Shown: positions 8,399-16,039 of the stretch, piece after piece
Layout: each line of letters opens with the position of its first letter
Numbering within the stretch: position 1 is the first letter of the stretch
Source: Octopus sinensis
Taxonomy: Eukaryota
Assembly: GCF_006345805.1 (NCBI RefSeq)
Contig: NW_021825320.1
Coordinates: forward strand, 1 to 16,039
Reading direction: 5' to 3'
DNA: 16,039 nt
Position numbers and translations under genes: made by a program
Notes under the pieces: generated by a model
The model's input: only the letters and a program-made list of their open reading frames with translations
Databases searched by the model: none
Told to the model about the DNA's origin: nothing

Positions 8399-8575
8399 AA
8401 ATAAACCTTTGATGGTGATGCCCCAGCATGGCCGCAGTCCCCTGAAACAAGGGAAAAAGTCTCAATGACTGAAACCGGTACTAAAATATTTTTCATGATA
8501 AAATTACTTTAGCATTTTCTGCCTTGACTTATTTTCCTTATACATATCAACTCGTGTGCCCCTTTTCAACCTTCT

Positions 8576-8595
8576 ACACACACACACACACACAC

Positions 8596-8660
<65 letters not shown>
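8576..8660. repeat. (CA)n microsatellite
   Basis: CA run directly abutting the 5' end of the LINE. Confidence 0.96.
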
Positions 8661-8662
<2 letters not shown>

Positions 8663-10204
8663 AAGCAAAAAGCTGAAATAAGGTATTATATGCCCTATCC
8701 ACAAAGGTGGAAGCAGAGCAGAGGCCAAAAACTATCAGAAAAGTCATGGAGCGAATCATCTGAAAAAAGTTGATAATGTTCCTAGAAGAAAATGACCCAC
8801 TGAACAATACTCAGCATGGCTTCCGTCCAAGAAGAAGCTGCCTCACAGCTCCTACAGCACTATGACTGGGTTTTGAAGCAGCTGCTTGACCATTCAGATG
8901 TTAGTGTGATATACCTTGACTTTGCAAAGGCATTTGATAAAGTAGATCATGGCATGATAAGTCATAAGCTACGAGGCATTGCTGGTAAACTGGGAGAGTG
9001 GCTGCATGACTTTCTTAAAAACAGAAGTCAGGTAGTTGCAGCCAATGGTACCCTTCCCGAAGAAACTCAAATCCTAAGTGGTGTCCCCCAGGGAACTGGT
9101 GTGGAGCCATTACTGTTCATAATAGCCCTCTTAGACATGTCCACAGTTACTCGGACAGCCACTGTCATTAGCTATGCCGATGATACAAAATTATCACAGG
9201 CAATAAAAAACCAAGGTGATGTCACAATCTTACAGCGGGATCTAAACTCAATATACAAGTGGGCCGAAATAAACAACATGCAGTTTAATGTTGGAAAATT
9301 TCAAGCACTGCACTATCAGTTCACAAATACAGTGCAATCTACATTTACAGGGCCCGAAGGCACTACAGTCTCAGAGTCATAGGCTGTGAAAGACTTGGGG
9401 ATCAGCATGTGCAATGACACATAATTTCATATGCACATAAGCAAGATGGTAGCAACGTGCAGACAACTGGCAGGATGGATACTGAGGTCCTTCAAGACAA
9501 GAGATCACGAAACTATGTTGACTCTGTGGAGAACCTTTGTTCTCAGCCACCTGGACTACTACTCCCAGTTATGGTCACCACATAGTGCCAAACAAAGAGC
9601 GGAGCTTGAAGTAGTCCAACGCCACTATACTAAAAAGATTGAAACAGTGCAGCGGATGAGCTACAGAGATAGGCTGAGAAAACTACAGCTTTACTCCCTG
9701 GAGGGAAGGCGTGAGAGATATGCAATAATATACATATGGAAAATCCTAGAAGGGCTAGTACCTAACTTTGGCATTGAGTGTTATACAAATGCCAGAAGTG
9801 GCCGCCATTGTATTGTACCAAAAGTCCCATCCATATTCAGGATCATCTATATTCAGGACCAGGTATTGCAATAGTCTAGGGTTCAGAGGCCCACAGCTCT
9901 TCAATGCCCTGCCACAAGAATTAAGAAACTTGCATAAAGTGGAAGTAGATGTCTTAAAAAAGGAACTAGAGATCCTCCTCTCCACAATACCGGATGACCC
10001 AACAGCCCGACATCAGGTACAGATGAGGGTAGCGAAATCAAACTCCATTATACACCAAATGTACCATCAGCTGGGGCAAATGCACATTCAGGAGTGGTGA
10101 TGTGAAACACCCAGACTGAGGAAGTCAGAAAGATCATGGTGGTGCTCCAGCATGACCACAGCCGCATGGCCGAAACGAGTAAAAGAGTAAAAGAGTAAAA
10201 GAGT
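8661..10204 (+). mobile_element. 5'-truncated CR1-group non-LTR retrotransposon (LINE); reverse transcriptase and C-terminal ORF2 region, inactive
   Basis: Joined frames give IICPIHKGGSRAEAKNY / KVMERII / QHGFRPRRSCL / QLL...YLDFAKAFDKVDH...SGVPQG...PLLF...YADDTK...LQRDL...WAEINNMQFN...KDLGI...LDYYSQLWSPH...LEVVQR...YRDRLRKLQLYSLEGRRER...LFNALP. Stops at 9380-9382 and 9422-9424; frameshifts near 8843 and 9840. Ends in a (GAGTAAAA)n tail at 10177-10204. Confidence 0.95.
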
Positions 10205-10233
10205 ATGTACATTATATATATGTATATCTTTAC

Positions 10234-10285
<52 letters not shown>

Positions 10286-10297
10286 GACACACACACA

Positions 10298-10444
10298 TGA
10301 CGGGCTTCTTTCGGTTTCCGTATACCAAATTCACTCACAAAGCTTTGGTCGGCCCAAAGCTACAGTAGATGACACTTGCGAAGATGTCACGCAATGGGAC
10401 TAAACCCAGAACCATGTGATTGGGAAGCAAGCTTACCACAACCA
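10298..10444 (-). mobile_element. SINE A 5' half (head)
   Basis: Reverse complement: TGTGGTAAGCTTGCTTCCCAATCACATGGTTCTGGGTTTAGTCCC...GGGCCGACCAAAGCTTTGTGAGTGAATTTGGTATACGGAAACCGAAAGAAGCCCGTC, followed by a (TG)/(TA) spacer. Confidence 0.88.
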
Positions 10445-10716
10445 TATAGGTTTCAGCTCGTATTGGCCCATGCCATTACTAACTTCATAAGTAGCGCCCT
10501 AGAAGAATTTTAATCGTGTTTCATATTTAATCATGTTTCCATGTTGCCATCACACTTTGGGTAACATTAGCTCATTCAAGTAAAGAGTTATTGTTTGCAA
10601 AAATATATTCAAGTGCAGGTGGGTTATCTGGAATATATTGGAGATATTCATCCAGGAACCGCTTGAATATTATGAGATCTTTTTCTTCCCGTATATGTCT
10701 TGGCACCATGCCAAGA

Positions 10717-10850
10717 CAAATTCCACCGAGGTCGACTTTGCCTTTCATCCTTTCGGGGTCGATAAATTAAATACCCACTGCTTAATGGGGAGCGTTCTAA
10801 GCGATTGGATCCCCCACCACAAAATTTCAGGCCTTGTGCCTATAGTAGAA
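10717..10850 (+). mobile_element. tRNA-derived SINE, family B, 5'-truncated copy
   Basis: CAAATTCCACCGAGGTCGACTTTGCCTTTCATCCTTTCGGGGTCGATAAATTAA...AAAATTTCAGGCCTTGTGCCTATAGTAGAA, then a (TTA)n tail. Confidence 0.85.
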
Positions 10851-10867
10851 TGGGGTGTTTTTTTGGT

Positions 10868-10943
10868 TTTTTTTATTATTATGATTTAATTATTATTATT
10901 ATTATTATTATTATTATCATCATCATCATCATCATCATCATCA

Positions 10944-10992
<49 letters not shown>

Positions 10993-11010
10993 CATTATTA
11001 TTATTATATA
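10868..11010. repeat. (TTA)n(TCA)n(TTA)n trinucleotide tail
   Basis: Visible triplet runs; source of the poly-I/L/N/M pseudo-ORFs. Confidence 0.95.
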
Positions 11011-11140
11011 AAGCGGCGAACTAGCAGAATCGTTAGCACGCGGGGCAAAATGCTTAGCGGTATTTTGTCTGTCGCTACGTTCTGAGTTCAAATTTCGCAG
11101 ACGTCGACTTTGCGTTTCATCTTTTCGGAGGTCGATAAAA
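11011..11140 (+). mobile_element. SINE B copy, 3'-truncated
   Basis: AAGCGGCGAACTAGCAGAATCGTTAGCACG (A-box-like)...GAGTTCAAATT (B-box-like)...GTCGACTTTGCGTTTCATCTTTTCGGAGGTCGATAAA. Confidence 0.85.
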
Positions 11141-11170
11141 AAAGAACAAACCCCCCCCCCCAAAAAAAAA

Positions 11171-11360
11171 CGAGCTAGCAGAATCGTTAACATGCCGGGC
11201 AAAATGCTTAGCGGTATTTCGCCCGTATTTATTTTTTGAGTTCAAATTCTACTGAGGTCGACTTTGCCTTTCATCTTTTCGGGGTTGATAAATTAAGTAT
11301 CAGTTAAACACTGTCTCCAACCCACCCAAAAATTTCGGCCTTGTGCCTCGAGTAGAAAGG

Positions 11361-11408
<48 letters not shown>

Positions 11409-11424
11409 ATTATTATTATTATTA
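11171..11424 (+). mobile_element. SINE B copy with (ATT)n tail
   Basis: CGAGCTAGCAGAATCGTTAAC...GAGTTCAAATTC...GGTCGACTTTGCCTTTCATC...GGCCTTGTGCCTCGAGTAGAAAGG plus (ATT)n; a further head fragment follows at 11424-11450. Confidence 0.88.
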
Positions 11425-11646
11425 AGTTGATGAGCTGGTAGAATCCTTAGGCTGAGGAAAGGGATCAACCAGATACTCTCTCTTACACACACTCGCACAC
11501 ATACATATGCATGCAGGTCACCACCTTTTTTTTTCACCATCAGATCCTACTGGCATTCAAAATAAACTAAAGACTGGAACAAAACCAACAGAGCTCACAC
11601 TGCTATATTGTACTGTATGTAATAAACCACTATGATTTGCCACCAA

Positions 11647-12414
11647 GCATTTTGCTCGGTATGCTAACGATTCTTATTTCTTTATTGCCCACAAGGGGCT
11701 AAACATAGAGGGGACACACAAGGAAAGACAAAGAGATTAAGTCGATTACATCGACCCCAGTGCGTAACTGGTACTTGATTTATCGACCCCGAAAGGATGA
11801 AAGGCTAAGTCGACCTCGGCGGAATTTGAACTCAGAACGTAACGGTAGACGAAATGCCTATTTCTTTACTTCCCACAAGGGGTTAAACACAGAGAAGACA
11901 AACAAGGACAGACAAACGGATTAAGTCGATTATATCAACCCCAGTGTGTAATTTGTACTTGATTTATCGACCCCGAAAGGATGAAAGCGGAATTTGAACT
12001 CAGAACGTAGCGGCAGACGAAATACCTATTTCTTTACTGCCCACAAGGGGCTACAGACAGAGGGGACAAACAAGGACAGACAAACGGATTAAGTCGATTA
12101 TATCGACCCCGAAAGGATGAAAGGCAAAGTTGACATCGGCGGAATTTGAACTCAGAACATAGCGGCAGACAAAATACCTATTTCTATTTCTTTACTACCC
12201 AGAAGGGGCTAAACACAGAGAGGACAAACAAGGACAGACAAACGGATCAAGTCGATTAAATCGACACCAGTGCGCAACTGGTACTTAATTTATCGACCCC
12301 GAAAGGATGAAAGGCAAAGTCTTCCTCGGCGGAATTTGAACTCAGAACGTAACGGCAGACGAAATACGGCTACGAATTTCGCCCGGAGTGCTAACGATTC
12401 TGCCACCTCGCCGT
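11647..12414 (-). mobile_element. Tandem array of four SINE B-derived units (about 160-185 bp) plus a head fragment
   Basis: Units begin TATTTCTTTA on the + strand at about 11675, 11859, 12027 and 12185. Each has CCCACAAGGGG...AAGTCGATT...TCGACCCCGAAAGGATGAAAG...GGAATTTGAACTCAGAAC. Only the rightmost unit keeps the full head (to 12414). Confidence 0.92.
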
Positions 12415-12834
12415 CTTATTATCTTATATATATTGCTTATAGCTCTCTCTCTCTCTCTTTCTTTTACCGTCTCTACTCCTCTCTCTCTCCCTCACCAATT
12501 CATGCTTGATACAGCGTTTTTTAAAAAAACTCGCCTTTCCTCTTATGCACATCATGGATTCTTATTGTTTAATCACAAAGGCCATACATACGTATATATA
12601 ACAAATCATAAGGAACTTTTACTTTGTCTAATCCCCAAACCATATATATTTCGAATTGTCACATAGACGCTGTTTTTAATTAACTTTTACCATTTTTACT
12701 ATTTTTTACTGTTTACAAAGACCTAATATTTTTGATTAATCAAAAGATTCCCTTTATTTTCTGATTAGTACCAAACCCTTTTTTTTACTGATTACAAGGA
12801 TCTTAGAGCTTTGACTACAGAGATCCAATATTTA

Positions 12835-13253
12835 TACGCGCGCGCGCGCACATATATATGTATGTGTGTGTGTGTGTGTATGTGTGTGTGTGTGTGCGTG
12901 TGTGTGTGTGTATTTGTATGTGTATGGCTTAAGTGAAATGAATATGATAATATACCCGATATATCCTTATGTATATTCCTTATGATTTGTCACATATACA
13001 ATATATCCATATGTAAGTATGCATATGTTAATAAACACGATATAGTCATATATATAAATATATGTCATGCGTGTATGTATGTATATATATATGTATATAT
13101 GTGTATGTATGTATATGTATGTGTGTATGTATATGTGTATATATAAATGTATTTATATAGGCATATATGTATGTTTATAAATGTATATGCATATATGTAT
13201 ATATATGTATTTATATATGCATATATGTATATAAATGTATCTGTGTATATTCA

Positions 13254-13284
<31 letters not shown>

Positions 13285-13290
13285 GTGTGT

Positions 13291-13326
<36 letters not shown>
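12835..13326. repeat. Compound (CG)n/(TG)n/(TATG)n microsatellite region
   Basis: Mostly low-complexity runs with a short AT-rich interruption at about 12925-13060. Confidence 0.88.
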
Positions 13327-13327
<1 letters not shown>

Positions 13328-13328
<1 letters not shown>

Positions 13329-13650
13329 TCCGGAATTTCATTTTAGACCGCTCATTGCACCATTACTCCGATAGGTTTTTTTCTCGACTCATGTTATATC
13401 AACTCTGGTGTGCCCTGGTATTAGGTTATTTCTTCCAGCTCCTCTAACAACCCATTTGCTGCTATATCACGCTTCGACCCCACATTCCAACATAAATGAT
13501 CGAGTATCTTACTCTTTATCCTTCTGCAGACAGTGAAGAATATTCATCCACTCACTAATTCAATGAGCAGGCAATGCAGTCGATTAAATAATTGAATAGT
13601 CGTTGTAGAAACCGACGGAGAACCATTTATTGTTTACATATCTGGGACAA
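13328..13650 (+). pseudogene. Highly decayed LINE reverse transcriptase fragment
   Basis: Joined frames read IRNFILDRSL...DSCYINSGVP / VLG, resembling the non-LTR RT segment WIxxFLxxRS...INSGVPQGSVLGP; a possible FTYLG lies near 13633-13647. No intact YADD motif. Confidence 0.45.
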
Positions 13651-14202
13651 CGCTTCTGTCACGCACCCCGCTCACGCACACACATATACATACGGACGCA
13701 CACATACACACACATATACACACATATACACATTTACACATACGCACATAAACACACACATACACATATGCACACACATACATCCAAAGACAGCTTCCAG
13801 AAGAAAGCCATTCGAGTAATTATTGGCAAAGACTCAATCACCAATACACAATCAATAACTCACGTGTCAACAGATATACCTATAGGTGATGGGTCGATTT
13901 TTTAGAAATAGCAGTTAAATCTCCCTAAAATTATACCCCACTGTCGGGTATGAGTCGTTTTAGCACAGCCATTTTGGTGCCCATTATTTGACGTCGTTTA
14001 TTCAACGCCGACTTACTTGACATCCCGAGTATTGTTGACTTATAGTACAGATTTCGAATTCTCCCAAGGGCTGCTGGACAGGAGAAGGATCTTGTGATCG
14101 TGAATGCAACAACATAACCACAAGGTCATGCTCCTTTCACACGCAGGCTTATGAAGCAAACTAGCTAAAGAATCACGCAACTATACATGATTCAACGATT
14201 GA

Positions 14203-14272
14203 TAATAATAATAATAATAATAATAATTATAATAATAATAATAATTACAATAATAATAATAATGATAATAAT
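14203..14272. repeat. (ATA)n microsatellite
   Basis: AAT triplet run. Confidence 0.92.
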
Positions 14273-14314
14273 TCAAATTTTGAAAAAAGGCCAATAGTTT
14301 TAGAGGAAGGGTTT

Positions 14315-14420
14315 AAGTCAATTACAAAGACTCCAATGTTTGAGCGGTATTTTATTGCATCGACCAAGAAAGGATGAACGGCAACAGTGCCTGCAGCGGA
14401 ATTTGAAATCAGAACGTAGA
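14315..14420 (-). mobile_element. Diverged SINE B fragment
   Basis: ATCGACCAAGAAAGGATGAACGGCAA...GCGGAATTTGAAATCAGAACGTAG matches the array units at 11675-12365. Confidence 0.7.
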
Positions 14421-14422
14421 GA

Positions 14423-14500
<78 letters not shown>

Positions 14501-14821
14501 AATACACGTATACTATGTATCATAACACACACACATTATACAAACAAATCTATCATCTAATAATCTATATTCTGTGTGTGTATATATATATATATATATA
14601 TGTATACTTATATATATGTATGTATACACATATATATATATACATATATATGTATATATATATTTATATAGTATATATGTACATATATATTATATATATA
14701 TATATGTATATATGTACATATATATATGTATAGATATATGTATATATATATATGTACATATATATATATATGTATATATATATGTATATTATATATACAT
14801 ATATATATATATACATACATA

Positions 14822-14879
<58 letters not shown>

Positions 14880-15000
14880 GGGAGAGAGAGATGGAGAAAG
14901 AGAGAGAGAAAAAGAAAGAAACATAAATGCATATACATACACAAACATATACATACGCATACACATATATATTAATATATAATACATACATCATATCATA
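14423..15000. repeat. (ATCT)n, (TA)n and (GA)n compound microsatellite
   Basis: ATCT run at 14423-14500, TA-rich field at 14575-14858, GA run at 14859-14910. Confidence 0.95.
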
Positions 15001-15589
15001 TGTTTATGCATATATACATATTGCATATAAATATTATATATCATATGTATTACGTATGTAATACGAGCATCTATTAACAACATACACTTATACACGCACA
15101 AAAATATTGTGTATTTTACATATACATACATACATGTGTGTATGTGTGTATGTATGTGTGTATGTGTGTGTATAAGTAAACATATATGATTATATATCTG
15201 TACTCACAAGCACATGCACACACACACACATACACATATGTATAAATGTGTGTGTGTGTGTGTGTGTGTGTCTTCATTGGTATATGTACGAAAGCAGTTA
15301 ATGATTACGTAGAAGATAATTTAATTAGACACAAATGTAAGGTTTGACAGTAACGAAACGTGTTATGAAGTGCAACTGAAAGATTACACACTTAGTATAG
15401 ATGTTTGAAAGAGAAACGTGAGGGAGGGAGAGATCTAGTCGTTAACCGTTGACCTTACCCCCCCTCTCTCTCTATATATATATACATATTAACCCACTCT
15501 CTCTATATATACATATTACCCCTTTCTACATATGTTTATATATATATGTAAAATTTCATTGGTTTGTTTGCGTGTGTGTGTATATGTAT

Positions 15590-15631
15590 ATATATGCATA
15601 CATACTTATGCATATACAAGTGCATTTTATG

Positions 15632-15671
<40 letters not shown>

Positions 15672-15830
15672 GTGTATATATATATATATTATATATGTAA
15701 GAACTTACTATGGTATATATATATATATATATATATATACACAAATATATATAATATAGTTATATATACATAAAAATGCACTTATATATACATAAAAATG
15801 CACTTATATATGCATAAGTATGTATACATA
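15590..15830. repeat. Imperfect foldback (inverted duplication) within TA-rich low-complexity DNA
   Basis: ATACATACTTATGCATATACAAGTGCATTTTATGT (about 15598-15632) recurs inverted as ACATAAAAATGCACTTATATATGCATAAGTATGTAT (about 15790-15825). The centre is near GTAAG-AA-CTTAC (15697-15708); there is a 22-bp direct duplication at 15762-15805. Confidence 0.85.
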
Positions 15831-15875
15831 CATCTATATATATATTATATATATATATTATATATATATATATAT

Positions 15876-16039
15876 CCGTAAATCCTCGAGTATAATCCGC
15901 ATTTTTCCCCCAAAATTTAAAGGTCAAAATCCCTAGTGCGTACTATATACGAAGAAAATATTTCCTAAGCTGTGTCCGAGTCTATTTGCTTTCCGGCAAT
16001 GGTTATTCAGACGCATTTTGTGATGTCGGGCGCGAAAAT
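15876..16039. mobile_element. Terminus of a pogo/Tc2-like DNA transposon or MITE (runs off the window)
   Basis: Abrupt switch from (TA)n to CCGTAAATCCTCGAGTATAATCCGCA. A CCGT start at a TA-rich site is typical of Tc2/pogo-type ends. An imperfect inverted copy of TCGAGTATAATCCGCA lies at 15937-15952 (TGCGTACTATATACGA). Confidence 0.6.

Larger units (their letters stand above)
6610..8487 (+). mobile_element. SINE A copy split by nested insertions (head 6610-6748; body about 7567-7746; tail 8399-8487)
   Basis: Head GTAGGCGCAGGCGTGACTGTGTGG; body TTGACAAACAG...CCCCGTAACTTAGCAGTTCGGCAGAG...GTTTGATCGACT; the sequence resumes after the MITE with TAAAACC...GCCCCAGCATGGCCGCAGTC. Confidence 0.8.

Noticed and set aside
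8816-9382. 188-aa ORF as an intact reverse transcriptase gene
   Set aside because: Its ATG is out of frame with the upstream RT motifs, and the element has stops, frameshifts and a 5' truncation; it is a dead LINE copy.
10805-11202. Poly-Ile/Leu and poly-Asn/Met ORFs
   Set aside because: Products of the (TTA)n(TCA)n SINE tail.
11675-12365. Regularly spaced repeats superficially like a CRISPR array
   Set aside because: Whole units repeat with no unique spacers, they are SINE-derived, the context is eukaryotic, and there are no cas genes.
13880-14200. Unique-looking, moderately GC-rich block
   Set aside because: No ORF, structure or internal homology that could be supported; possibly an unrecognised repeat, needs a database search.

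Overview
AT-rich eukaryotic non-coding DNA dominated by microsatellites and decayed transposable elements. No intact protein-coding gene is supported; nearly all long ORFs in the track are translations of (TA)n/(TG)n/(TATG)n/(TTA)n repeats. The repeat style suggests a cephalopod (Octopus-like) genome, which is an inference from recognising the SINE types. Supported content: (1) a tRNA-derived SINE family 'A' (head - variable microsatellite - body - tail) as full, half and split copies; (2) a second tRNA-derived SINE family 'B' as a + strand cluster and a - strand tandem array; (3) a 5'-truncated, disabled CR1-group LINE (about 8661-10204) whose 3' tail matches the SINE A tail; (4) a disabled Tc1/mariner DD37D(maT)-like transposase fragment (- strand, 4456-5060); (5) two nested hAT-like MITEs and a Helentron/DINE-like element inside one SINE A copy; (6) a pogo/Tc2-like terminus at the right edge. 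The most interesting signal is two different type I hammerhead-ribozyme-like cores on the - strand (5832-5869 and 6065-6110), each embedded in an inverted repeat and each with a non-canonical core (C4; U3-A8).
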